A DNA stretch of 64,000 nt from Antedon mediterranea (lineage: Eukaryota > Animalia > Echinodermata). Position numbers and translations under genes: made by a program. This document shows positions 24,601-38,900 of this stretch, one piece after another; the first letter of the stretch is position 1; each line of letters starts with the position of its first letter. Under the pieces are notes generated by a model. The model had not been told where the DNA came from and did not search any database. It worked only from the letters and a program-made list of their open reading frames with translations. The stretch is taken from the NCBI RefSeq assembly GCF_964355755.1, contig NC_092679.1:12011432-12075431 (forward strand), given 5' to 3'.

Positions 24601-27600
24601 GTCACTTGTTTATGGCTTGGTTATTTTTTTTTTTTTGGTGAAACTGATCAATTCCAAATGTAAACGTCGGTAAGGTGTAACTGTTGGAATGTTTTTCATG
24701 ATCTTGGTTTTACTTGTACACTACTTTGACTCTGGCAATTAATCAAGTTGTTAATGCATTGATATTAATGATTATTAAAAATGTTTTATGTTTTGCTATA
24801 GTTTCAATGAACGTGTGTGATTATATTGGTAGTATTGTGAGCTACATCATCATAGCCATACCAGTGTTTAAAGGTGAATACAGTCATCTTAGTCCTCAAG
24901 ACATCAGCAGTCTTGTTAGTGCTGTAAGTGCAATGCTAATTTTTAAACTTTTACATTTAAGTTTTCATCCATCCAATTTACTATCAAATTACATACAATT
25001 TTCTTGCCAATATTTTAAATTATTTGCTAAATCTCCTAGTATTTACGTAATCTTAACGCTATTTAATAGGCAGTGTGTTCATTCATGTATGGCCTCAATA
25101 TGTCCTACTGAGGAGCTTGTCGCTACTCCCTATTGTTAACTTACTCTATTTGCACTTGTTGGTATAGCGCCCTCATTTGTCTGTAACTATAGGCTGGTTT
25201 GATTGTTTGAAATTCTTTACTAATAAAGTCTCAGTTAAGACCGCTATATTGCAATCGACTTTGGTGAGAGGCTTAACTAAGACTTTCTCGATGGGCTTAG
25301 GGCTTAGATCTATAAGCCTAAGACAAAGTCTTTATATTGCAATCCGTCCCAGTAATACTCACTATATACTCTTAATACTAAAACAGACCTCTAATAATCA
25401 TTGGAACTTCCCTATGTTTTAAGCGATCTCCCACCTCCTGCTAAAGGCATCATTTCTCCACATCGTTTTTGATGTACAAAAAACACCCTGATATTTCATA
25501 AACATGACATGACATGGGTTAGAGACCGACTTCCTAGTTCTCATCTCACCTTTCGAGGGGGTTACCCCGGTGAACTGGTTCACAAAATAGCCCCTGTATC
25601 AGGGGGAATTACCATACCATCTGACAGGACAGTGATTAATTTACTATTGGTAATCCTTGACCACTTGTTCCTAATATAAAGACAAAATAGAAAACAAATA
25701 GAAAAATGTATAGTACGTGTTTCATGATGTCATTTTTTATTTCAGAATTCTTTTGTTTGTATGTATTTGATATATTCATTTACTCAACTCATTGATCTTT
25801 CAAATCAAGTATCTGATATTGCAGGTCTTTCTCATAGGTAAATATTATGTATGTCATTTCCAGTTTACATTGGCTGCAGAGACCTGAAATGAGTGGGGAG
25901 GGGATATTTCATGAATAAAAGAAATGGGTGACATCAAGTTGCATTAAAAGAAAAAAAAACAATTTTAATGTGTTGTTAAGTAGGAACACATAATTGCATT
26001 CAGTTTACCAGCAATTAAAGGTGCACAGACTGGCTAGACCGGATACACACTTGCAGGAGTTTTCAGTTATGTTAGCAAATACTATTTTTTAGGATTGGTG
26101 AATTGATGGAGGTTTTGCAGGAACTTGATAAAGATGAAGTTAAACCACAAAAGGAATCAACACCAAAATCTCCCTTACCTATTTTCAAACACCAAAAGTT
26201 AATTAATGAATACAGTGATGAGGATGACAGTAAGCTGCCAAAGAATGAGAGAATGAGACAGAATACAGTAATAGAGCTAATGAATGTATCTGTCTTCCCA
26301 CCAGATGGAAAAGAAGCCTTAATTAAAGGTATGTTTACACTGTAGGCAGTTTTCAGCCAAGCATGTAAACCTTGGCATTAACAGGTGATGTCCACATTAA
26401 ATTGATTTGCATATGACAGTGTAGTTTAGCGAACAGTTGTTCTTTATTTTGATTTAGGACAGAAGCATTGACCTTTTAAACTTGAATAAAAAACAAAAAT
26501 AAATTTAACATTTTCTTAATTAACAATTTTATAAATTAATCAACAACAATAATGGGAGAATTATAAAAATGATAATTTCATCATCATTCAATACCCTTAC
26601 TGCAGGCAAGCCTTTCATAAAGCCTAGCTATAGGTTTAGGTTACTACTGTAAGTATTTGCCTGTGGGTATGCTGCATCTTTTGTAGTAGTCCACCCCTGA
26701 AAACAAAAAGTCCTAGGCATACAGTATTGCTTGACACCACAGGGGTCATTTAACATTTAAGTTTTTGTAGAAAAAGTTTTCTAATTTCACAATGTGTTAC
26801 CAGTGGTTATACAACTTTCAGTAAGGCGTATGTACAGTATAACTCAAAATTGAACTCATAGTCATAAACTGCCTATGGAACTATTACATTAAGCTTGTTC
26901 CCACTTGGATGTAAGCACACTACAAGTACATTTGACCAAATATGGCATGATAAATTAATTGAACTGTTGTGATTTGTCAACTCACTAAACTCAAGCTTGA
27001 ATCTACCATCAAAAAATGCTTTCAGATTTTGTTGTTATTAATAAAATTGGAATGTTATAAGATGTATTGTCCCCCAAAAATATGAAAAATGAAGATCAGA
27101 CTTTGAATACCATAGGTTATTTTGCAGTTTAATTAAAGTTATAGAAAAAAACAATAAGGTTTTCACTTAATAACATAAAAATGTGGTTAAATTCAACCAA
27201 AAATCCATTGGCTGGCAGCCAATTTGACTATTTTTTGTTAAGATCCAATTTTTGGTCACTATTATGTGACATTAAAATGGCATATTCAACAAAAAAATTT
27301 AAAAATTTTTGTTCATGGGGACAATACATCTTTAAACATTGGATACTGTTTGCCTTGTACATGCAGCACCATACAAAGCATCCCACAATGCAACATACAA
27401 TTAGCTTCTGGGCAGCTGCAAGACATGAAATGTGAAAAATGAATTGTTGTTTTATTGTCATTATTGTTGCAGACCTTTCTCTTGTCATCAGCTTTGGAAG
27501 GAATATCTTGATAACTGGCGACACAGGCAGTGGGAAGACATCATTGTTGCGATTGCTCTTTGGTCTGTGGCCTCATGTGCAAGGCACAATTCACAAATCA

Positions 27601-29537
27601 AATTTATTCAATACAAAGAATATGTTTACTTTACCACAAAAGCCATACCTTATAAATGGATCATTGGAAGATCAGGTAAGATCTTGTAATTTGATCAGAA
27701 CTCATCTTGGTAATATTAATGCAAGGAACAATTCACAAATCAAATGTATACAATGATAAAGAACATGTTTGCTTTTACCCCAAAAGCCATATCTTATATT
27801 GGATCACTGAAACGTTAGGTAAGGTCTAGTAATTGGTAATGAAAGCTTATTTTATTATAAACTCTATTTTTTTATATATACATTTTATTGTTGTTTAGCT
27901 TTTGATGCTTGTATTTGTATTATCAGAATTCGACATGTAATAATGCCAGGCAGTCGTAAATGTACTTATAATTAGATAGTTGCTCCCAGTCAAGTTCAGT
28001 TCTTCTTTAACAATGGTAAACAATTTATGGTAAATAAAGACAATAAAGATATATTAAATTGTCCCCCTGAACAATTTGGTGATTAACCTACATTAAAAAT
28101 ACAAGAAGACAATGATACAATAAATTGCATAAATCTTCATTTTTCATGTTTTTTTTGTGGGGTAAATACATCTTTAATAAGTTTGATTTCAGAAAACACC
28201 ATATATACACAACTTACATAATTCTATACAAATTCAATTCTGCTGCCTGTTGTCCAATTGTGATTCAGTAAAATTCACTATTCAAAAACACTCATTGTTT
28301 TTGTAACTTGCCATTTCAGTTCTTCAATTTAATATGTTTGATAAAAACGGTATTTTCAGAACATAAAGGTTCAGAAAAAACATTTATATTTTTTATTTGC
28401 ACGCCTGCTAAAATTTTAGCTAAAGTGTAGTTAAATTGTAATCTTAATCTGTTGATCATTAAATAGTTAAATAAGCCTAAACATCAATTTCCATTTTACA
28501 TTTTTTTTTTTTTCCCATTAGTGCTACTTAATGCTGTATCAGTAATGTGCAAATTGTTTTTGTGCAAAACACTTACGGTAATAGTAAACTATTACATAAA
28601 TGATTTTCCTATTGTATTGTACACAATTGTTTGCATTTAACTACGCTAGTACCAGATGATTCCTGACCAATCGTGAGCAATTACATGCTCTCTGGTTGAC
28701 CAGGTTGTAAGCAAGATTCTGTGAAAACATTCTTGAAATTATGTTGATGCGACAAAAAATCAGTATACCTCGTTGTTAGCCTGGCTTTAAAACACGAGAA
28801 TGATGAAATCGGGCAAACATCTTGGACTAGCTTGTCACTTGTAATACAGATACCTGATAACGTATGATACTTTTAACTATAACACTATATTTTAGTTCTT
28901 GGCTACTTTTTTTATGACTTAAATTTTTTTAAATACATAGATAATTTATCCAGATAAAAAGAAAAAGAGGAATGAAAATCTACTGGATGTAATCAAGTTA
29001 GTTGGACTTAATAAGTTATTATCTCGTGTACAAGACATAAAAGATCCAGTGCCGTGGAGCTGGAATAATGTACTTACACCAGGGGAAATGCAAAGAATCT
29101 CATTTGCAAGACTATTTTATCATAGGCCTAAACTTGCCTGTAAGTATTGATAAAACATGTTAATGTTTATCTACAGTATCCATTTTATTTTCTTCCATTA
29201 CTTACAAGCGGCAAATATCAAAAATTATAATATACTAATATTTCATTTAGGAAACCCAGATACTTTAAGCCATCTTAAGAATATCTTCTATTGAGAGTGT
29301 TGACTGCATCATTGCATAAAATATTTTTAAATTTCAGTTTTAGATGAATCCACAAGTGCGCTGTCTGTGACTACAGAAGCTAGTCTTTATGAACAGTGTT
29401 TAGCCTATGACATCACCCTAGTTAGCGTTGGCCATCGCGACTCCCTGCGTCAATATCACTGTGCTGAACTTAAACTATATGGAAATGGTTCCTGGAGATT
29501 GGAAAATATCTCAGCTAATATACTTACAGTATTGTAG
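18610..29537 (+). CDS. ABCD4: ABCD4 lysosomal cobalamin transporter (ABC half transporter), 13 exons, ~625 aa
   Basis: Exons: 18610-18656 (first exon tentative, weak donor), 21300-21418, 21724-21851, 22381-22523, 22942-23058, 23290-23415, 24106-24251, 24802-24923, 25746-25837, 26093-26328, 27473-27675, 28941-29139, 29338-29537 (total 1878 nt, in frame). Motifs: [52 protein letters not shown], Walker [14 protein letters not shown], signature LTPGE, Walker [10 protein letters not shown], and VSVGHR. Confidence 0.93.
18997..20299 (+). mobile_element. Non-autonomous Helitron in ABCD4 intron 1
   Basis: 5' TC preceded by A (TCTATATTATAA, then a (GTTT)n tract). 3' GC-rich hairpin ACCCGCCC-TG-GGGCGGGT (20271-20288) lies just before terminal CTAG, which is followed by T. 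No TSD. Internal diverged duplications at ~19050-19145 vs ~19210-19305 and ~19480-19560 vs ~20020-20110. Confidence 0.8.
20354..20506. mobile_element. Palindromic Harbinger-like MITE
   Basis: AGGCCTTTCACACCTGTT...AACAGGTGTGAAAGCCCCT, with inner arms GTCAATGTTTCGT/ACGAAACATTGAC. Confidence 0.65.
20771..21002. mobile_element. MITE with ~38-bp TIRs and TAA TSD (Harbinger-like)
   Basis: TGCACTTGTCAATTGTATGACCCACTATAC...GTATAGTGGGTCATACAATTGACAAGTGCA, with TAA on both flanks. Confidence 0.8.
21478..21585 (+). mobile_element. Degenerate tRNA-headed CORE-type SINE fragment
   Basis: Head TGGCGCAGTGTGTTGGACGTTGAACT resembles the reverse complement of the copies at 36290-36416 and 46565-46706. Confidence 0.45.
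22703..22745 (+). ncRNA. Minimal type I hammerhead ribozyme motif (Penelope/retrozyme-type)
   Basis: GTTGCA-CTGATGA-GGGC(TAGTGTT)GCCC-GAAA-GC-TC-TGC(T)AAC. It has an intact core, a 4-bp stem II, a palindromic AGCT minimal stem III and stem I GTTGCA/TGC-AAC. Predicted cleavage is after C22738. Confidence 0.8.
23141..23245 (-). pseudogene. Degenerate 5S rRNA-derived sequence (pseudogene or SINE3 head)
   Basis: The minus strand reads GGTTCTC-AGACCATTGAAGTTAAGCAACGTTAGGTCTGGTTAAAACTTG...ATCGGTTGCTGT. This is colinear with invertebrate 5S rRNA as recalled (GGTTCTCGTCCGATCACCGAAGTTAAGCAACGT...GGTTAGTACTTGG...GGTGCTGT). Confidence 0.7.
27060..27331. mobile_element. Kolobok-like MITE
   Basis: 15-bp TIR AGATGTATTGTCCCC...GGGGACAATACATCT, with TTAA on the right flank; related copies at 12652-12967 and 28047-28173. 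Confidence 0.65.
27720..27835 (+). pseudogene. Decayed tandem duplicate of the 3' half of ABCD4 exon 11 with its splice donor
   Basis: CAAGGAACAATTCACAAATCAAAT...CAAAAGCCATATCTTATATTGGATCACTGAAACGTTAG|GTAAGG aligns to 27580-27690 with indels and stops. Confidence 0.85.
28047..28173. mobile_element. Short degenerate Kolobok-like MITE
   Basis: AGATATATT...TTGTCCCC...GGGGTAAATACATCT followed by TTAA. Confidence 0.45.
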
Positions 29538-29641
29538 GTGCAGCCTTAACAATTGTTAAAATTGTTTAATATAATGACATGAAATTAATAATACAATTTT
29601 TTAGGGTGATCAGTGACCCAAAATTGACAGTAATTTGTTAA

Positions 29642-29698
29642 TATAATAATATAAGATTTATAAAGCGCACATATCCACAAAGTGCTCAAGGCGCTTTA
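29642..29698 (-). mobile_element. 3'-end stub of an L2/CR1-type retroposon; second copy at 40321-40376 on the plus strand
   Basis: AAGCGCCTTGAGCACTTTGTGGATATGTGCGCT...ATAAATCTTAT followed by a TAT-rich tail, present twice in opposite orientations. Confidence 0.6.
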
Positions 29699-32600
29699 TA
29701 TTAATAAATTATACCACAAATAGAGCTCTATTTTATATCCGTTGCTTTTAAATTGTGATTTTCTGTCCATTTTTTAATATTTTTTTTATTGTTAATGATT
29801 TCAGTAATTTTCTGTATTTATGTAGGTTAGAGAGATTTTCTCAACAAATAAAGATTTTAATTTTATACATAAATTTACATAGATTTAGAAATCTCTAAAT
29901 AAACATAGCTAGACAAAGCTATATTTTTAGAAGTCTTTTAAATAGTTTTTTTATCAAGACAAATTTTATACTGTATTATCAAGCAAATTTGTATAATCTA
30001 TGTAACTATATTATATGTCTGAAGCAATAATTTGCTAGTTGAGGTACATTTTGACTAGGATAAAACGTTTTAAGTCTTCCATTCATACTGTACTTATAAA
30101 TCATGTATGATAAAATAGTATTATTGATAAAAGTATTAAAATATATATAATATTGATCAGATATCTGAGTTTTTGTTCTTTTATTCTTAAGTCCAAGGGA
30201 GCTTCACAAAGTAAAAATGTTTTATTGGTGCAATATTTTTTGTATTTTGATGTTTTTTAGGGGCAACTGACTCTTTGAGTTATAGTAAATGTTTGCTTTA
30301 GTTGCCCCTGACCATTGTGCCTTGTTTCTGTTCTGTATTATTTTAATGTTTATTGGTCGAATAAATAAATGAAATGAACCAATGTTTAGAGCTGATTTGA
30401 CCATTTTATAGTATGGCTTTTTTAAACATTAGAATCGTCCATATCTTTTGGTCATAGTACTAGTATGTGTGCATGTAGTTATACCTGTATGCTAAGAATA
30501 TAAAAATAGAAAGGTTTCAACTTTGATTGTAGCTGTCAACAAGGGAAAGATTACTGTAAATCTATTTTAGGATAAAAAAAATGACACAAATACAGAAATG
30601 CTTCACCTTACATAAGATTTAATAGTTTGAAAAAATGAAGAAAAGGAAATTCAAGGCGACAATGTAAACATTTACAGCCCACGTTGATTGTTAAATGTCA
30701 GTCTGTACACATCACAGTTTCTTAAACTAGAGACCAGTATCATAAATGATGATAAATAGAGTAGCCTAGATGATGACGATTTTTTCATGAAAAAAAACAA
30801 CCCACATGTAAAAACTTCAATTCTGTTTCAAAGTGCATGAAGATATCCTCTGCACACACACAGCGTAATCTAACTATCAATCCTTAATGATTAAGATATT
30901 TAAGAAGTGTACAACAACTGGAGCTGTTTTTTTTTATTATCAAACAAGTTTTGATCTAATGTTACTGATAGAATAAAAGAAATGGACAGAAAATGAAGAA
31001 TAAAACGGCACCAAAAGGTCATAAATAATTAGAAATGTTACATTGATTTTATAGACTAATGTAAAAAATAATGATTAAGTGAATTCCTTTTTATGTTCTT
31101 TATATTAAAAAGTGCTAACAACAGACTTGCTTATTATATACTGCATATAAATGTGTATATTTACAAATATAATAATAACATAAAATATTTACATCTCAAA
31201 AATATCAACACAATGGTTTTCAAAATGAAATTCATTGATTGTTTTTTCTTTTTTTGCTTTGCACTTGAAAGCACCCATACAAACCATTTGAAAATACAAT
31301 AGTAGCATGGCATCTCGTTTTAATAAGTTATTTGACAAATAATTCTTGTTAATTTTCATAATACAAAATAGTTTCCTATAGATTTGAAAATGTATAACAT
31401 TATTACACATTATGTAATATTATATAAATATGTGTATTGAAATTAATATGTTATATCATATGAAAATTCACCATAGTTTGTCTAGCCTTTATAATTACCA
31501 TATTGTGAATGGGCACTCTGTTTGGTTTGAATACGTGTGCACTCCTTAATAGGAACAATTGCCAATCTCCACTTTAAAATATACATCCAGATATAGAGGA
31601 TGCTTTTATTCTTGTCTACAAAATATCTTATTTGCACAGAACTGATAAACATTATTGACTAAAATTCACTGTACTGTAGAATGTCTCATAAAGTAATATA
31701 ATAATAGTCTTTATGATAATAATAGTCATAATATAATGTCCCTCAAGCCTAGTTTACACCAGCAAACTTTAGTTTGCAAACAAAGAAATCTCAATTTGAT
31801 CAAGTTTCCTACTAAAATCCTAGGTTTAAGCGCTCTGTTCAAATAAGCCAACCCATTTTTCTCATCACAATGATATAAATCATATTATAACTACAACTAT
31901 ATTATAAATGAATGCATATTAAATTATGATGTATTTATTCAATAATTTAATACAAATATTATTGTTATATAATAAGGGAATACAGTATACAAAACATTAT
32001 GATGTATTAATTAAATAACTTATTAATATTTATTATTACAAGGTTTTTACTATGTGAACATAATACTTATACTTGTACATGTTTGTGAAAAATAACTTAC
32101 TGGTCATGAGTGAATGTTTTACATCAGAACCTCTGTTCAGGGTAACCTCTATTCGAGGGACACCCTATTCAGGGACAGCTCAAATAAGGGGACACCCTAT
32201 TCAGGGATTCCTCTATTTAAAGGATACCCCTACTGCATCATTCATGATGTAATCATTGAGGGCGGTAGAGATATTTACATATATAACACTTACGGTGTAT
32301 ATTTCTTCACAAAAGACTTTACAAAATGCCTGAAATACACTACATTACATTTAGAAAACAAACGTAAACAAAAGATTTCTATCATTGATACATTTTTCAT
32401 ATTTCTAAACCTAAACACAACATCAAGAAAGCGTTGAAAATACATTGCACATTTTACAATTTCTAGCACCTGAAACATTTTACAGGTGACGGTCATTGAT
32501 TGAATTAAGAAAACATGAAAGCATGAAAGATTGTACATTTTTTTTAAATAGTAAATTTATAGGCAAATATTCCTGATGTTGTTTTCTTTAGTATGAATTT

Positions 32601-32990
32601 CTAAAAAAGCATTATGAATAAAATCAAAGAATTTATCTTGTACACTACAATCTTGAGACCAAGAATACATATTGGAGCAATAAATAAATTAGTAAATGAA
32701 AATGAAAATGTCACAACATTATGCTGTTTGAAACAAACATACCATTTATAAGATATAATTAAAAAAATGATAATAGTAATTTAATATTAAACTAGTATTT
32801 CAATTGTATATTATATGAAAATTATATATGATATATAATGTAAATAAGACCTGATAATTATATTAAGTAGATGAAATCATATATAGCATTTTTAGCAGTA
32901 ATAATATATGGGCATAAATAATGAAAGCCGTGTACACTTTGACCTCTAACCCCACACATAAATGAAACCATTAACTATTTGAAAGACAAT

Positions 32991-35900
32991 TTAATAAGCT
33001 GTTATATTTTTCTTCCCTGTTCGTTCTCTGCTGTTACCATTTTCTGCATCTTTAACGTTTCGTCGTTTATTGCGTTTGATCTTGGCCATATCCTCTCCAA
33101 AAACGTCTCCTGTTCGTAGTGCCGATATGAGATCATCAAACTCACCGACACCATTCTTGCCTTTTCCTTTGTTTTCTTGCTGCCCCTTTTTGTTCTTTTT
33201 CTTTCTTTCCTTTTCCATTTTCTGTCAAATTTAAATTAAAATCAGTAATTAACCAAGAGAAAATTTTAAGCAATAAAACAATAAATTTACCTCTTAAGTC
33301 CACACAGGAAAACTGTGTACATTGGATCTAGGTTTATAATCTGAGAACTAGATATCCACCCCAAGAACTAGGAGCTAGTCGGCCTCGAAACCCCATGCCA
33401 ATAATGTTGGATTGTTAGGTAAGGTAAATATAAAACATTGCCTAAATATAAAACATGAACTTAATTAATGTCATTTACCTCAACTTCTAATTGAGCCCTC
33501 TTTTGTTCCTCCTCTCGCTTCTTCTTGAATTTGACATTGTCTGTTTTTGCATCATTAAATGCTTGTAAGAATGCAGCAAAAGTTCCAAAAAAGCTTTCAG
33601 GTTGAGATGTACTTGGGTCTTCACCAAACATTACAACAACCTCAGAAAACTAGTTAAAATAACAATATTATCGATTGGTATTCATTAAAGCAGAGAGAGT
33701 TAAATAGAACAGTCTGGATGGAAATGAAGAGATTCTCGTCATTCAAGAAACACAAAACACATCTGTTCTAAAAACGCTCAATTGTCAAAAAAAAGTGGCA
33801 TTCAGATTTTGGCTGCAGAGTAGAAGATCAACAGCACATGCTACAGGTTATTGACCAGCATCAACAATCTTTTTTAAAATTGAACATAGAATAGTATACG
33901 AGGGGCATATATACGAGATAACCAATAAAATGACAAGGGGTTTTATTATTAAACATGAAGATGAAGACATTGATGAGACATTGCGAAGAATATTTATCCC
34001 GATGAGGAAGGGTTACCATGAAAAAAAACCTAAATTTCCCAAAAAAATTAATTTTGGAAACAGTATGTAAAAGGCCAAGAGAAAACAAAAAGTAAGCGTG
34101 TCTGCAAAATGGTTGAAGTTTGTCCAAGTAAGAAATCAAACAGTAGATCTGATGTTATTTTCAAGAGGGGCTTATAGGCATAGTCTAGCCTTGACTCTGG
34201 ATCCAGCAAATGCTGAGCTCCGGAAACAAGTAAAAAGAAATGAGATTTTGTAAATAAAAGGAGATCATGGCCTCATATTAAATAAATACAATTGCCTTCT
34301 GTCAGTTGTTGTAGGTGCTGAAATTCGCAGCACTGACATGATGTGACTCTAAGAGGAGAAGCATACAAAAATGGAAATTAATATTATTTTAAAATGTTTT
34401 ACCTTGGTTTTTGCCTGTGACATTTGTGTCTCTAGCTTGTCAAAATTGATTGTGGCTAGTGTTATGAAGTCACTCATTGCAGGAACAAACTTGTCTCCTC
34501 GTTCTGAATTCCTGCCTCTCTGGAATTCCAATTCCTTTACAACAGATACAAAATAGGTTACTTACAATTACTATATATTCATATTCATATTCATATTCAT
34601 ATTCATTTATTATCCAGAAAAAATAATACAAAAACAATACAAAAAGCATATATTACATAGAACAACAACAAGCAGAGAAAAAGCGCAGAACACTATCCTG
34701 GCGGATTGTCAAAAAGCAAAAAATATCGCTATAAAAGACTCTCTATATTGGGCAATAGCTGAGGAAAAGATGTTTGTGTCAACTACTAAACCCTGTTGTT
34801 ATTAAGCTTTGCTTTTGACACTTTAATCAATCTAGCGGAGACAAGGTTATCATGTCATCATATATAATTGTGTCTATTTTAGGCACAGATCACAATTTGT
34901 AAAGAATTTCTCACCATTTTTTATGCCTTATGTATGTATGATCTGCATAGGAGAAACATTCAATATATACATTACAGCACTTACATTATTAACTTGTTGT
35001 AGTCCAGTTCCTATTTGTTTGATTTCACCTTCCAACTCACCCATACTAAACAACAATAATATTTGTAAAGAGAATATGAGAACAAAGAATATGAATGTAA
35101 TGAAAAGTTTTAACCATGAATCATGTTCACATAAAGTACCATGTCCAACAAGATTTGCTGGAAAAACTGCATTAACACATTGGATTTCCATAGATAAGAT
35201 GGTATTGAGTCTAAATGTAGGCTAAAATTGGGTGTGGATTATACCCAGTTATATAAGGTAATATTATAATTCATATAAATGTTAAGATTAAAACAGATTC
35301 TATTTCACTCACTTGACTTTACAAGCAATAAGAATATCTGGAATTTCTTCATCTAATCTGTACACATCAGGAAACTGCAACAAAATTGCAAATACAGTGT
35401 AGTAAAAATAATATTAAGAATTAATATGGATTGTAAATGCAACTTTCCCAGTTGTTTAAAGTGTTACCATATCTTAGAATTTCATTTCAAAGAGATATTT
35501 GAAAAAGTTGCATTATATTTTTCAGACTTTATTGTTTCTCTCATCAACATTGGCTCAAATCTGACGGTGTAGGAAAGCAAGATGTGTCAAATATGCAGAG
35601 TTTGAGACAGAGCTATTGTTTTATATCGACACGGTTTTCATTAAAAAAAAAAAGTTTAATAGTTGAAATTTGCATAACTCAAATGTTTTATGCCAGGCAC
35701 ATTGGGTTTGACAAATTTACCAAGACGAACGGTTATGGTAAGCGGAAAACCATGTGCATGTCCACATAGAATCTGTATAAATCCTGATCATGTTTCCGCT
35801 CAATTGCACATCCGCTCTGCGTTTTGTGTAAATGGTCATAAGAAATAACATAAATTCTATATTTTTGTTTTCAGCTACCATTTTCCGCTTTCCGTCACCG

Positions 35901-38900
35901 CTCGTGTAAATTGGCCTTTAGGCAGATTTGATTGTATATCAATTGCGTTTTCCACCTTAACAAAATCACAAATAGTTACCTTAATTTCAACCATTTGTAG
36001 CAGGTAGTGTAATAAGGTCATGTTCTTGTTCATACTTGATTTTGTATCAACAATCTTGTTTAAACTAGATAATTTAAATCCTGATGCATTGCCCCTTGAC
36101 CCTTTGTTCATGTAGTTACCATATGCTAACACTATCTCCAGTAAACGTCTCAACTTTTTACTGTTGATAACCTGCTTTGATGCTTTTAAAACCGCTGCCA
36201 AAATAAAAAGCAAGACAATTGCATTGAAAACAGAGAATATACAAAAACAGAAACATACTCCCAGCCTTAGCTGTGTTTTGGCCTTACCAGGTACTTGCAA
36301 TTGTACACCTGGGTGGAGAGAGGAAAACGTAAGTGTCTTGACAAAAGTAATGTGACGAGAGTTGGACTTAAACTCCTGATCAGTAGTCCAGCGTCCAACA
36401 CACTACGCCACATACTCTTATTAACTTATTACTTAATACGAAATCCTGTTTAATAATTATGACTTATAATAGAGTAACTAGTCTCTAAACTGGCATTAAG
36501 AGGGTTAGGTAGTATTAAATTGTTAGAAATGTCATTGTTACTGAAACTAAAATCATCAAATTTTGCAATTACCTTCAACTTTAGGTTTCACATCATTCAT
36601 TCTTTCTTGAAATTTCTTCTTACAATATAGAGATTTTAATCTCTGCTCGTAGTGCACAATTCTACAAAAAAATAAAAAAATAAATCTTTTGACCTGAAGA
36701 ACTAATTAACTATATATCAATAAAATACCAAAAAAAAGGAGAAATTATAAATTGGTGAGTTGTTTTTCTCTACTCAGATGTAATTTATACTTGGTAATTT
36801 CTCAGGAAGAACTTGAACCCATGACATTTAGATCCCTAGCCTGGCATTCTACCTCTAGACCACAGCGCTTGTGCTGATGGCTAGGGTCCGATTTGATTCC
36901 AAGGAAGCAGCAGGTATAGCAACAATAAGATGGTAATAACTGCAGCGAAATAGCTTTGCGTCGGGGAGATAATTGGTTAGAGTTAAATATTAATAGTTAT
37001 GTGAAAAGTCAATATTTTTTATATTGGTGTCGACTGTTTTATACGATCTAACAAAACCTTTGGGTATATTGACAAGTACTACAATGTTGGAAGAAGTTTG
37101 GTGGCATACCTGCTCATGTCAAGTAAAAACTTGTCAGCTCTGGCCATGTTGTCTTGGTCTTTCTCATGTTCTTTTAACATACTCACTTCCTCTGGAGTTG
37201 GAGTGTATTTCAATAACTATAACAAATTGTTCAAAAGATAAAAAATAATTGTATATATGTATTCTCTCATTTGCTGCCAGGTGAAAATGTATGCAGTACA
37301 ATCAAATCACAATCAAAAGAAAAATGATGCACCTTATCTTTATATTTCAATACTCAATGGTAAAACACGATTGTTGGCAGTACATTACTATAATTATAAC
37401 AAATCAAATGTGCCATTAACACTGTGAATTCATATTAAACAGTAATAAAGTGTTTGAGACACTGTGTAACATAACAATGGTTCTGCATAGCATAGCTCAC
37501 AATGGATATACTGTAGTCCCATAAATTGACCGTGTGATAAAATGCCTCCGAAGGCTCCGAAAGGACTTAAACATGCAACCTATCACTGACAAGGCGAGCG
37601 TCATAACCACTAGACCAAATACCCTTTGAATGGCTTATTTTATTATTTTTTTTGTTCAAATTCTGTATTAACTTTCAATATAGAACTTCTAAACAAACAT
37701 ATTACAATACCTGTTCCAACATATCTTTAGGAATATCCTCTCCTTTGTCCATTTCCAATATAGCTTTTGTTAACTCTTTATTTGTGAGTTTTATTCTTGA
37801 TAATAAGATGGCTAAATTTTGTGCCCTTCTGCCATCAATCACAGACAGTTCCTTGGGTTTGGGTGCCCGGAAGCTACCGTAGCCTGGATCATCTTCTTCA
37901 GTTCGTGGTTTCTGGTACGCTGAAAACGTTTTATCAAATTCCTCCAAATCCATTACTTTTATAACCTATCAAAACATGAATTTGTTTATTATTTTGAATT
38001 GTGCTTCAAGAACAATTAAAACCTTTTCACCAGGTGTTTGATGATCATCCAATGAGTTAATAATAGAAGTCATATCTTAATTTACTAGACAACCTTTATT
38101 AATATAATTATATTAGCTTTATTTTATTATCAAATAGTTTCAACAAACACATTTCTAAATAATGATTTATTGATTAAATTATAAATATAACTAATATCTT
38201 CTCTCAAATATTGCCATATTGCAACAACATTATCCATAACAAATACATTTGCAGCATAAAATGCTGAATTGTATTACTTGTAAAAAATTATAGAAAAATA
38301 CCACAGAAGAAAGCCAAAAAAACAAAAATGTTATCAAATAAATAAAATACCTTCATTTCATCCAGGTCTTGCCATACAGTTCCAACAAGTTTCATATCAG
38401 GTATTTTAGACCAGTTGAAAGACTTAAGTGGCTGTGATGGTTTTGGAATGTTTTTTGTTTTTCCTGGCACGGTCGCAAATCCAGGTCTGCCAAAGCCTGG
38501 CGGGGGTGGTGCACCGGGTGGGGGTGGTGCACCAGGGAATGGTGGCGGTGGAGGGGGCGCTCCACCCATTCCTGGTGGTGGAGGTGGACCTGGTGGAGGT
38601 GGTGGCGGTGGTGCTCCACCAGGTGGTGGTGGCGGCCCCGGTGCAGATGAACTGGGAGTGTTGCTTAGTTTCTGCTCATCTGATAGGCTTGGTGACATAC
38701 TTGATACATCTTTTACTAAATGTTCCAATCTTTGCCTTTCTCCTTTTTCTCTATCAGCCTAAAATAAAACCAAAAAACAACAATTAAAACTTGTTTGGTG
38801 ATGTCTAGTGAAAGATCATCAACTAACTCTGAAAGCATGTTTGTTTGTTATTATTTACATATACAGGCCGACCTCTTCAGTCAAAGACAGGTCTCCCAGA

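Noticed and set aside
37560-37620. tRNA gene
   Set aside because: Only an A-box-like TGGTCTAGTGGTTA and a decayed B box are present, with no cloverleaf; more likely a SINE head.
38392-38787. Gly-rich antisense ORF and His-rich alternative-frame ORF
   Set aside because: They are shadows of the DAAM FH1 polyproline exon.
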